Source: Patescibacteria group bacterium (GTDB taxonomy: Bacteria; Patescibacteriota; Minisyncoccia; Phycocordibacterales; UBA1550). From it: a DNA stretch of 55,067 bases. The translations under genes were made by a program, and so were the position numbers. The stretch's first letter is position 1. The number at the start of each line of letters is the position of its first letter. The stretch is from assembly GCA_038062675.1 (NCBI GenBank), contig JBBTWP010000002.1, positions 22,668-77,734 of the forward strand, read 5' to 3'. Shown here in pieces: positions 35,571 through 43,045 of this stretch. Below the pieces are notes generated by a model that saw only the letters and a list, made by a program, of their open reading frames with translations, searched no databases and was not told where the DNA came from.

Positions 35571-36233
35571 ATGGAAAGGAAATTTAAATTTGCTGTCGAA
35601 GAATTTTACCATGTTTACAATAGAGGGAATAACAAGATGCCCATTTTTCTTTCTGACAAGGATCACAAACGCTTTCAGAAGCTTCTCTATGTCTGTAATG
35701 GCACCAAGCCAGTCGTCTTCAAAACTATCCAAGGGTTACCCTTGGATAAAATAGACAGAGGAGAAACATTGGTGGATATCGGTGCATATTGTCTTATGCC
35801 AAATCATTTTCACATGCTTCTGCGTGAAAAAAATGAGGGTGGTATTAGTCGCTTTGTGGAAAAATTGCTTACTGCGTATTCAATGTACTTCAACAAAAGA
35901 AATGAAAGAACCGGACGTCTTTTTGAAAATTCATTTCGTGCAACACATGTTGATTCAGATGAATACCTCAAGTATCTTTTTGCCTATATTCATCTGAACC
36001 CAGTGAAGATTATTGACCCAAAATGGAAAGAGAATGGAATTAAAAATCGATCAGTGGCTCAGGAATATTTGTCGGCATATTCATACTCAAGCTATCTTGA
36101 TTACTTGGGGCAAGAGAGGTCTGAACGGCATATACTCAACAAACAAGCATTTCCCGAGTATTTTGCACAATCACAGGAATTTGACAGTTTTATATCCGAA
36201 TGGCTCAATTATCCAAGGGTTACCCTTGGATAA
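35571..36233 (+). CDS. Y1 HUH tyrosine transposase, REP-associated (RAYT)/IS200-like
   Basis: EFYHVYNRGNN..., an HUH motif in YCLMPNHFHMLLRE, RTGRLFENSFR, and the catalytic-Tyr block LFAYIHLNPVK. TGtTATAAT lies 6 nt upstream of the ATG. Confidence 0.85.
   Translation: MERKFKFAVEEFYHVYNRGNNKMPIFLSDKDHKRFQKLLYVCNGTKPVVFKTIQGLPLDKIDRGETLVDIGAYCLMPNHFHMLLREKNEGGISRFVEKLLTAYSMYFNKRNERTGRLFENSFRATHVDSDEYLKYLFAYIHLNPVKIIDPKWKENGIKNRSVAQEYLSAYSYSSYLDYLGQERSERHILNKQAFPEYFAQSQEFDSFISEWLNYPRVTLG
35726..35748. repeat. Internal copy of the palindrome TATCCAAGGGTTACCCTTGGATA inside the transposase CDS
   Basis: Identical over 24 nt (TATCCAAGGGTTACCCTTGGATAA) to the copy at the 3' end of the gene. It encodes IQGLPLDK. 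Confidence 0.9.
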
Positions 36234-36275
36234 TTTTGAGGTTAAAGAATTGTTTGATACAATAAGCGCAATTAT

Positions 36276-36905
36276 ATGAGCACAGAAACACCGGCACCGT
36301 CGACACAGACAGCACCCAAAGAGCCTAAAATACCCTCAAAGCTTCGCAAATGGCTTAAGAGGATTGGGTGGACGGTGTTGGGAGTTTTGGTGTTTTTTGC
36401 GCTACTGGGGCGGTTTTCTAAGGAAGTCTATGTTGGGTATGGCACAGTGCTCGAATATTTTTATAACATCCAGCGTGACAAAGTGCTTGCAGAGTATGCA
36501 AAAGACACTATTGGCGGGGAAACCCCTGAAGAAGTGTTTGATCTCCTCATTGATGCGCTCAAAAAGGGGGATATTGACCGCGCGGTGAGTTATTATGATT
36601 TGCCAAGGCAAAAGGAAAAGAGAGGAGATTTTGAGCGTCAACTAAAAGCAGGAGGAGATTTCAAAGTAGCACTTAATTTTTTTGAGACGGTTCGCATGAA
36701 GGGAAAAAAAGATTGGTGCGGGAAAAATTATGAGAATGATAATGCATGTGTTTTTGTTTATAAATTTATCACAACAGAAGATGCGACTTCCTCAATAAAG
36801 AATAGTAGCGACAAAATATTTATTCCCAAAGGAAGTCCAGAGAAGTGGCGAGTGGAGATTTTGCAAAATCGTTTTAATAATGTGTGGAAAATTTGGCGCC
36901 CATAA
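36276..36905 (+). CDS. Membrane-anchored hypothetical protein (209 aa)
   Basis: The N-terminal basic region plus TM (IGWTVLGVLVFFALLG) is followed by a small alpha+beta-looking ectodomain. It ends 2 nt before the next gene's ATG, so the two are probably one operon. Confidence 0.75.
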   Translation: MSTETPAPSTQTAPKEPKIPSKLRKWLKRIGWTVLGVLVFFALLGRFSKEVYVGYGTVLEYFYNIQRDKVLAEYAKDTIGGETPEEVFDLLIDALKKGDIDRAVSYYDLPRQKEKRGDFERQLKAGGDFKVALNFFETVRMKGKKDWCGKNYENDNACVFVYKFITTEDATSSIKNSSDKIFIPKGSPEKWRVEILQNRFNNVWKIWRP

Positions 36906-36907
36906 TC

Positions 36908-39900
36908 ATGCTCCGCCTCACTCTAATAATCTCGTTTCTTTTTTCGCCCCTTACGCTTTTTGCCTATGAGCCTACTACGACGCACGCGGGCTTGACTGAG
37001 CAAATCGTTTCTTTCTACAATCACGGAGCATCTCCTTTAATCACGGAAGATGATAAGGAGAAAATTGTTTCCGGAGCTATTGCAGAAGATAGCGGTCTTC
37101 GCTATTTTAACCATCTCTATGACCCTACGCGAAATGCAGGCTACAATAACTATCGCTCGGCAAAAAGCTGGGCTTTTGACACAACGGGGCTCAATGGTTA
37201 TGCGTGGCAAGACGGCATACAAGCGTATGCTGAGGGGAGAAATGCTGATGCGATGATTTCTTTGGGGCACATTTTGCACCTCATTGAGGATATGGCAGTG
37301 CCAGAACATACACGGAACGATGGGCATGGGATAGAGACTTTGGTGCACGAAAGCCCTTATGAGAAATGGGCGCATGAAAACAAGAATCGTACTACACTTG
37401 CTGGACTTTCGAATACCCTCATTTCTGAAGGTGTTACCGTGAGACATTTGCCAACTTTTGAAGAATTGTTTGACTTTATGGCGCGGTACTCAAATGGAAA
37501 CTTTTTTAGTGCGGATACGATTGATAATAAAATTATTTCTTATGCAAATCCAGTGAAAACGAGAACGGATGGAGATTATGTGTATGGGGTTGATTCTTTG
37601 ACAAACAAAGAAGTAAAGCTTTTGGTTAAAGACAAAACAGAATATGGGCAGACGTTTTCTGCAATGTTTACACAGAATGACAAATCTATCCTCTCTTCAT
37701 ATTTCGACCGTCTTTCTCGCCAGGTCATCCCTGCTGGTGCCGGTGTTGTTGAGTTTTTTGTGAAAGAGGGGGAAAAAGCTCGAGCAATCTTTTTGGCTGA
37801 AGAACAAAGAAAAAAGGAGATGGTGATAGAAAAAGCGACATCGCGGGCGCAGGTGCTTGCGAGTGCGTGGTTGGGCACAGGGTGGGTATTTAAGTCTGTG
37901 TTTGCTGTGACTGACACGGTGACAGGGGTTGTCAGTTTTGGATTAGATACCACAGGCACTTTGGTTGGCTGGGTGGTTACCGGAGTAAGTTCGGGAACAC
38001 GTCTTGCGGTAGATGTGGGCAAGCTTGGTGGGACTTCAATTGGTGTTGGGGCTGCTACAAGCGCGTTGTGGGCGTATGACACAGGAACTGACGCAGTAAG
38101 TACTGTTCTTGCCGAAGGAAAAGTTTTCATTCAAAAAACGCTCAAGGAGGACAAGTTGGATGGCAAAGCGCAGGCGGCGGGGTTGGTTGCTTTTGTTGTG
38201 GAACCCGTGGATTCTGCGTCTGTGAGCACTAGTGTTGCAAGTGTGGAGAGTGTTCCCGTGTCGGTAGCTTCGTCGGCGGATACCCCGCGGCTTATTTTTG
38301 TTGGTGCGCAACCCTTGTCTCCGGGGTTTGGTGGTGGGGCGCCAGCTCCAAAGCCCCCAGAAACAACAACAGTTCTCGCATTTGTTGATAGCACGGGTTT
38401 GGTTCCGCCGGCTGAACAATCATCGAGTGAAACAGAAGAAACGGCACCGGAAACGCCTGTTGTTGCTCCAGAATCAGAAGAAACTGAGCGCGACGCCAGT
38501 GTTGCTGTGCCGGAAAAACCCACAATACCTGACGCACCCATAATCGACGCGCCACAGTGCACTTTTTCTTTGGCGACCGATGGGTGCCTTCTCGCAACTA
38601 CGAGCATTCATTTTGAGTGGGCGCCGATTGCTGGCGCGCACTATTACCATCTCAGTAAAAACGGCATCTTTGCCACGACAACAGAAACGACGATTGACGT
38701 GATGGCGAAAGATTTTTCAGATTATACGCTCGAGGTTGCGACGGTTTCGGTTTCGGAGGCGGGCGGATTGGTCACGACGAGCGCCACGAGCACCAAAACA
38801 GTATCGGTGGCGACCATTCCTGTTGCGATTAACGAAGTGGCATGGGCGGGGACGCTCGCATCCGCAACCGACGAATGGCTTGAGCTCAAAAACAACACGG
38901 CGCACGCCATCGATTTGAGCAATTGGGCGCTTGTGGCGGGGGACGACAAGCCGTATGTAAAACTTGCAGGGACGATTGCGCCTCGGGCGTATATTATATT
39001 TGAGCGCACGAATGACGGCGTAGTGAAAGATGTTGTTGCGCAAGGGGTTTACAAAGGTGCGCTCGACAATGATGGCGAGGAACTCTTTCTTTCTTATGCA
39101 TCTTCGACACTCGACAAAACTCCCGCAATTGTAGGCAAAAAATGGGCAGGCGGGGAAAACAGCTCTACTACCAAGAAAACCATGGAGCGGTATGTTTCAA
39201 AAGAACCCGGTGCCGATGCAAGTAACTGGGGAACGAATTTGGATTTTATGCAAAATGGCACCGATGCAGATGGGGGTGCCATCGAAGGAACGCCCGGCGC
39301 GCGAAATTCCGTGAGCTATCTTATCAACAAGGGGGAGGATATCACCGAAGATACAACTTTACGTGCCGATGAGGGCCCGTACATTGTTCGCGACGGTGAA
39401 GAAGTGCGCGTGCATGCATCGAGCACGTTTACTATCGAGGCAGGGAATACCATCTCGTTTCAAGAGGGGGATTCTGCAACATATCGTGATCACGCATGGC
39501 GTCGCAAGAGTATTTTTGTGGAGGGGCGCTTGGATGTGCAGGGTACTGAAGAAAATCCGGTGACCATAAACGCACTTTCGCCACCACGGGGCAGTTTTCT
39601 TTTTGACGAACTAAGGTTTTCGGGCGGGGCTGGCACAAGCACCATAAATCACGCCAACATAGAGGGGATAGAGGGGATTTTGTTGGAAGATGGCGCACGG
39701 GTTGAAATACGAAACTCCGAGGTGGTGGGTACGGGCACGGGGATCACTGTGCGCAATGGCTCGAGTATCGTTCTTAATAATGACCGTATTGCAAGCACAA
39801 CGCACGGCGCACTAATGCTCATAAAGGGTAGTAGTGGTGTCGTTGCGTCAACGACCATCGAAAATATTTTGAGTGGCGATGGGATCAGTGCGTATGGGGA

Positions 39901-40417
39901 TAATCAACATAGAGAGAGCATTAAGAGTGGGAGCTTTCTTCAAGTTTCGTCTACTACAATCCGCAACATAAGTGATGGTGATGGTATTGGTTTGTACAGT
40001 AGTACGGCGATCATAGATTCCACAACGATTGAAAATATTGCTGACGGAAGTGGTCTTGGGGTATATCACTCTGTTCTCGATGTCGCTTCTACGACGATTC
40101 GGGGTATTGCAAGTGATGATGGTGCCATTGAACTTTATTCCTCAACTTCAACCCTTTCACACATTGTTCTCGAGAATGGAAATGGCGAGGGGTTGGAAGT
40201 ATATAAAGGGCAAGTGGATGTGGACGATATGGTGGTGAGCGGGTTTCAGGAGACCGGCATTTTGATTGCAACGACGGATGCGACTATTACCAATACGGAG
40301 ACAAAGGAAAATGGTGTGGGAGTTGTGTTCCTCTCAAAACCCGCATTTTCAGATATTTTGGCGCATGATAATACGGTGAATGTTTCAGACACAATGGTGG
40401 ATTTAGCGGTTGAGTAG
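36908..40417 (+). CDS. Multidomain secreted protein: Zn-dependent PLC/S1-P1 nuclease-like N-domain, G/T-rich hydrophobic segment, lamin-tail domain, right-handed beta-helix repeats
   Basis: Signal MLRLTLIISFLFSPLTLFA. GHILHLIEDMAVPEHTRNDGH fits H-x3-D-x3-P-x-H. INEVAWAGTLASATDEWLELKNNTAHAIDLSNWAL...DNDGEELFL fits the lamin-tail pattern. The C-terminus has ~22-aa repeats such as STTIENIxDGxGxxxY. Confidence 0.86.
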   Translation: MLRLTLIISFLFSPLTLFAYEPTTTHAGLTEQIVSFYNHGASPLITEDDKEKIVSGAIAEDSGLRYFNHLYDPTRNAGYNNYRSAKSWAFDTTGLNGYAWQDGIQAYAEGRNADAMISLGHILHLIEDMAVPEHTRNDGHGIETLVHESPYEKWAHENKNRTTLAGLSNTLISEGVTVRHLPTFEELFDFMARYSNGNFFSADTIDNKIISYANPVKTRTDGDYVYGVDSLTNKEVKLLVKDKTEYGQTFSAMFTQNDKSILSSYFDRLSRQVIPAGAGVVEFFVKEGEKARAIFLAEEQRKKEMVIEKATSRAQVLASAWLGTGWVFKSVFAVTDTVTGVVSFGLDTTGTLVGWVVTGVSSGTRLAVDVGKLGGTSIGVGAATSALWAYDTGTDAVSTVLAEGKVFIQKTLKEDKLDGKAQAAGLVAFVVEPVDSASVSTSVASVESVPVSVASSADTPRLIFVGAQPLSPGFGGGAPAPKPPETTTVLAFVDSTGLVPPAEQSSSETEETAPETPVVAPESEETERDASVAVPEKPTIPDAPIIDAPQCTFSLATDGCLLATTSIHFEWAPIAGAHYYHLSKNGIFATTTETTIDVMAKDFSDYTLEVATVSVSEAGGLVTTSATSTKTVSVATIPVAINEVAWAGTLASATDEWLELKNNTAHAIDLSNWALVAGDDKPYVKLAGTIAPRAYIIFERTNDGVVKDVVAQGVYKGALDNDGEELFLSYASSTLDKTPAIVGKKWAGGENSSTTKKTMERYVSKEPGADASNWGTNLDFMQNGTDADGGAIEGTPGARNSVSYLINKGEDITEDTTLRADEGPYIVRDGEEVRVHASSTFTIEAGNTISFQEGDSATYRDHAWRRKSIFVEGRLDVQGTEENPVTINALSPPRGSFLFDELRFSGGAGTSTINHANIEGIEGILLEDGARVEIRNSEVVGTGTGITVRNGSSIVLNNDRIASTTHGALMLIKGSSGVVASTTIENILSGDGISAYGDNQHRESIKSGSFLQVSSTTIRNISDGDGIGLYSSTAIIDSTTIENIADGSGLGVYHSVLDVASTTIRGIASDDGAIELYSSTSTLSHIVLENGNGEGLEVYKGQVDVDDMVVSGFQETGILIATTDATITNTETKENGVGVVFLSKPAFSDILAHDNTVNVSDTMVDLAVE

Positions 40418-40473
40418 GCTGGGTTGTTGGGCGCAGTTGCGTAAACTTGCGGTTTTGATACTATATAAACACT

Positions 40474-41289
40474 ATGATGAATAATAAAAAACTTGGGATC
40501 ATTGGGCTTATTTCTGCGACGGTTGTGGCGGGGGTGTTGATTTATAATGATTTGCGAAGCGTGAAGAAGCCCGCCGAAAATTTGCCAGTAATAACGAGTG
40601 CAAGTACGACACCCACCACTGTTTCAGGGGTTACTATGACGGGGAATGGCAATGTGAAGATAGAAGCAGTTCCTATTTCTTCAGGCACAAAACTTCCACC
40701 ACAACCTACACTTATACGACCTGATTTCAAAAACACCCTTTCCTCTAAGGCGAAGATTATGGTTATGAAAGAGATTGAGAGACTGACGACGGCAATTAAG
40801 GCAGAGCCTAAGAATGTGGGTAATTGGATATATTTAGGCGGACAAAGAAAGGCGCTTGGCGACCTTGAGGGTGCACGTGATGCGTGGGAGTATGCAAAGG
40901 CGCTTAATCCCGGAAACATTGTTCCGTGGAACAATTTGGGTGACCTCTACCATTTTTACCTCAAAAATTTTGTAAAGTCGGAAGAAAACTGGAAGAAAAC
41001 TATTGCTTTAAAGTCTGACTATATGCAGGGGTATATCGGACTTTCAGAGCTTTACAAATACTCGTTGAAAGAGAAGCTTGCGGAAATAGAAGCGATTTTA
41101 AAGAAGGGTATTGTTCAAAATCCTGATTTTGTCGATTTGCAAATTATGCTTGCTCGCTACTATGCTCAAGATGTGAAGCAAATTGCGGATGCAAAAGCGG
41201 CGTATGAGCGCGCGATTGCAACAGCAGAGAAGGCGGGGAACAAGGAATTGGTTGAAAAACTCAAGGCCGAACTTTCAGAGGTTAAATAA
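40474..41289 (+). CDS. TPR-repeat protein with an N-terminal membrane anchor
   Basis: TM IIGLISATVVAGVLIY, then TPR-like repeats (NWIYLGGQRKALGDLEGARDAWEYAKALNPGN, WNNLGDLYHFYLKNFVKSEENWKKTIALKSD...). Confidence 0.85.
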   Translation: MMNNKKLGIIGLISATVVAGVLIYNDLRSVKKPAENLPVITSASTTPTTVSGVTMTGNGNVKIEAVPISSGTKLPPQPTLIRPDFKNTLSSKAKIMVMKEIERLTTAIKAEPKNVGNWIYLGGQRKALGDLEGARDAWEYAKALNPGNIVPWNNLGDLYHFYLKNFVKSEENWKKTIALKSDYMQGYIGLSELYKYSLKEKLAEIEAILKKGIVQNPDFVDLQIMLARYYAQDVKQIADAKAAYERAIATAEKAGNKELVEKLKAELSEVK

Positions 41290-41292
41290 GCG

Positions 41293-41325
41293 GACACTTT
41301 TGGATGTTGGACGCCCAAAAGTGTC
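41293..41325 (+). terminator. Hairpin after the TPR gene (no clear U-tract)
   Basis: GACACTTTTGG ... CCAAAAGTGTC, 11-bp stem. Confidence 0.45.
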
Positions 41326-41405
41326 TAACAAAATCCACAGAGGTTTGACTTTGACGGATTTTGCGGGCTATGTACATAAAGTGTGTTGCGTGCGATAATG
41401 ACATT

Positions 41406-41552
41406 ATGTCCGAGATATTAAAATTTATCTTTGGTTTTATGGGGATTTTGTTCGTGGGCGTTCTTGGGATTGTTGTCTCTTCGTTTTTCAGACTTGGGGA
41501 TGCCCCTGCTTCCACATCGGCGACGATTGACAATGTGTCGAGTGTGCGATAG
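41406..41552 (+). CDS. Small single-TM protein (48 aa), tentative
   Basis: MSEILKFIFGFMGILFVGVLGIVVSSFFRLGD... TGcGATAAT ends 6 nt before the ATG, and TTGACT/TTGACG -35-like hexamers lie at 41345..41356. The longer ORF-track start at 41361 is less likely. Confidence 0.45.
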   Translation: MSEILKFIFGFMGILFVGVLGIVVSSFFRLGDAPASTSATIDNVSSVR

Positions 41553-41574
41553 TATGGTTTTTGAAGCTGAAGAA

Positions 41575-41694
41575 GTAGGCGGTTCGTGAAAAGCGAACAC
41601 TAAGCCCTGCGGAGGTCGACTCTAACCCGATTTCGGGTTGGCTTTACGGCTCCCGCGCATCTGCGTCGGAGCCGTTCATTTGTTCAAGAAAATT
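41575..41694 (+). promoter_or_regulatory. Structured 5' leader of rplJ (candidate L10-leader-type autoregulatory element)
   Basis: Three hairpins: GTTCG...CGAAC (41582..41598), AACCCGA-TT-TCGGGTT (41624..41639) and GGCTCC...GGAGCC (41648..41673), immediately upstream of ATG 41695. I have not verified homology to the known L10 leader. Confidence 0.3.
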
Positions 41695-42201
41695 ATGGCA
41701 ATTACAAAACAGAAAAAACAAGAATTGGTAGCAACAATGAAGGAGCGCCTTACTGGCGCGAAATCATTGGTCTTTGTAAATTTCAAAGCTCTTTCGGTTG
41801 CTGAGAGTAAAATACTCCGCCGAAAACTTTCTGCAGAGCAGATTGGCTACTTTGTTGCCAAGAAGACGCTCGCAAAACGCGTATTGAATGACCTTAAAGC
41901 TTCCGGCGAAATGCCAGAGCTTCCGGGAGAGCTCTCTATCGCATACGGAACAGATCTTCTTGCTCCTGCGCGCGAGACCTACGCATTCCAAAAAACTGCT
42001 CGTGATAAGGGCTCTATTGCTATCATGGGAGGTATTTTTGACGGTGTGTACAAAAACCAAGCAGAAATGGTGCAGATTGCACTCATTCCTTCTATGTTGA
42101 CGCTCCGTGGTCAGTTTGTGAACCTTATCAATTCACCTATTCAGCGTTTGGCGGTGGTGATGGAAGAGATTCGCAAAAGCAAAGAGGCAAAAACAGTGTA
42201 G
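41695..42201 (+). CDS. rplJ: 50S ribosomal protein L10
   Basis: MAITKQKKQELVATMKERLTGAKSLVFVNFKALSVAESKILRRKL is the typical L10 N-terminus, and rplL follows. Confidence 0.93.
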   Translation: MAITKQKKQELVATMKERLTGAKSLVFVNFKALSVAESKILRRKLSAEQIGYFVAKKTLAKRVLNDLKASGEMPELPGELSIAYGTDLLAPARETYAFQKTARDKGSIAIMGGIFDGVYKNQAEMVQIALIPSMLTLRGQFVNLINSPIQRLAVVMEEIRKSKEAKTV

Positions 42202-42276
42202 TGCAGGGATGGAAGTCCTGCCAAGGCTCGACCTTGGCAGGTGAAATAATAAACAGAATAATTAACTATTAATATC

Positions 42277-42672
42277 ATGACTGAAGAAAAAAAAGTAGAA
42301 GTACCGGCAAAGTTCAAGGACCTTGTTGAGAAAATCGAGACTATGTCAGTGCTCGACCTTCACGAACTCGTGAAGGTTCTCGAAGAGAAGTTTGGCGTTT
42401 CGGCAGCGGCTGTTGCTGTTGCGGCTGCTCCGGGAGCTGGCGCACCTGCAGCTGAGGCAAAAGATTCATTTGGTATTGAATTGACTTCAGCAGGCGAGAC
42501 AAAGATTGCGGTGATTAAGGTTGTCAAAGAAGTGTTTGCTCTTGGACTCAAGGAGGCAAAGGATTTCATTGATGGCGCACCTTCAATGCTTAAAGAGGGT
42601 GTAAAGAAAGCAGAAGCTGAAGAAATCAAGAAGAAGATTGAGGCAGCTGGAGGAAAAGTTACGCTCAAGTAA
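42277..42672 (+). CDS. rplL: 50S ribosomal protein L7/L12
   Basis: N-terminal dimerisation helix, an Ala-rich hinge ([18 protein letters not shown]), and a C-terminal domain [25 protein letters not shown]...[26 protein letters not shown]. Confidence 0.96.
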   Translation: MTEEKKVEVPAKFKDLVEKIETMSVLDLHELVKVLEEKFGVSAAAVAVAAAPGAGAPAAEAKDSFGIELTSAGETKIAVIKVVKEVFALGLKEAKDFIDGAPSMLKEGVKKAEAEEIKKKIEAAGGKVTLK

Positions 42673-42686
42673 CTTTTCGGCCGGAG
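42655..42686 (+). repeat. 32-bp direct repeat, copy 1 (includes the last codons and stop of rplL)
   Basis: AAAGTTACGCTCAAGTAACTTTTCGGCCGGAG is identical to 42776..42807, at an offset of 121 bp. Confidence 0.95.
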
Positions 42687-42713
42687 CGCGTCGGCGCGAG
42701 GCGGGGTAGCGCA

Positions 42714-42766
42714 CATTTCGATTCTGCGGAATCGTGTCGCGCAAGTCCTTTGGGCGCGACGAAATG
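42714..42766 (+). ncRNA. Structured motif copy 1 (P1 closing stem, UGCG-loop hairpin, second hairpin with an AGUCCUUUGG loop)
   Basis: CATTTCG-GATTC-TGCG-GAATC-GT-GTCGCGC-AAGTCCTTTGG-GCGCGAC-GAAATG. It lies between the rplL stop and the rplL terminator. Function is unknown. Confidence 0.4.
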
Positions 42767-42775
42767 ATGCGTGAC

Positions 42776-42807
42776 AAAGTTACGCTCAAGTAACTTTTCG
42801 GCCGGAG
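42776..42807 (+). repeat. 32-bp direct repeat, copy 2
   Basis: Identical to 42655..42686 and immediately followed by the terminator. Confidence 0.95.
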
Positions 42808-42813
42808 AAGAAA

Positions 42814-42858
42814 AGCACCCGCCGTCCCCCTTGGGGACGGCGGGTGCTTTGTTTTTTT
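42814..42858 (+). terminator. Strong rho-independent terminator of rplJL
   Basis: AGCACCCGCCGTCCCC-CTT-GGGGACGGCGGGTGCT (16-bp stem) followed by TTGTTTTTTT. Confidence 0.9.
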
Positions 42859-42877
42859 AAACAAATCCGCAAAATGC

Positions 42878-42907
42878 TTGCAAAAAAAAACACTTCTGTG
42901 CTACACT
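42878..42907 (+). promoter_or_regulatory. Promoter TTGCAA-18-TGcTACACT
   Basis: -35 at 42878..42883 and an extended -10 at 42899..42907. It would give a ~130-nt leader for CDS 43046 that contains motif copy 2. Confidence 0.5.
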
Positions 42908-42956
42908 CGGGGCTGGTTTGTTCTTTGGAAGTTAATAGAGAAAAAGCCAAAATGAT

Positions 42957-43010
42957 ATTTCGATTCTGCGGAATCGTGCTGGGTGAGTCCTTTGGGCACG
43001 GCAAGAAATG
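42957..43010 (+). ncRNA. Structured motif copy 2, in the 5' leader of CDS 43046
   Basis: The first 22 nt (ATTTCGATTCTGCGGAATCGTG) and the 12-nt loop block (AGTCCTTTGGGC) are identical to copy 1. The stem arms around that loop differ but can still pair (TGCTG..TG with CA..CGGCA). Confidence 0.4.
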
Positions 43011-43045
43011 TCTATTGAAGTTCATCAACTTGTGAGGTATTCTAA

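Larger units (their letters stand above)
35523..36233 (+). mobile_element. IS200/IS605-family or RAYT-like unit: a Y1 (HUH) transposase gene bounded by oppositely oriented copies of one palindrome
   Basis: TCCAAGGGTAACCCTTGGA (35523..35541) lies upstream, and its reverse-orientation twin TTATCCAAGGGTTACCCTTGGATAA (36209..36233) overlaps the stop codon. Confidence 0.6.

Noticed and set aside
35503-35754. 83-aa ORF overlapping the start of the RAYT-like gene
   Set aside because: It is an out-of-frame reading across two palindrome copies (it encodes PRVTLG and GYPWIK from the palindromes). The overlapping frame with HUH and Tyr motifs is clearly the real gene.
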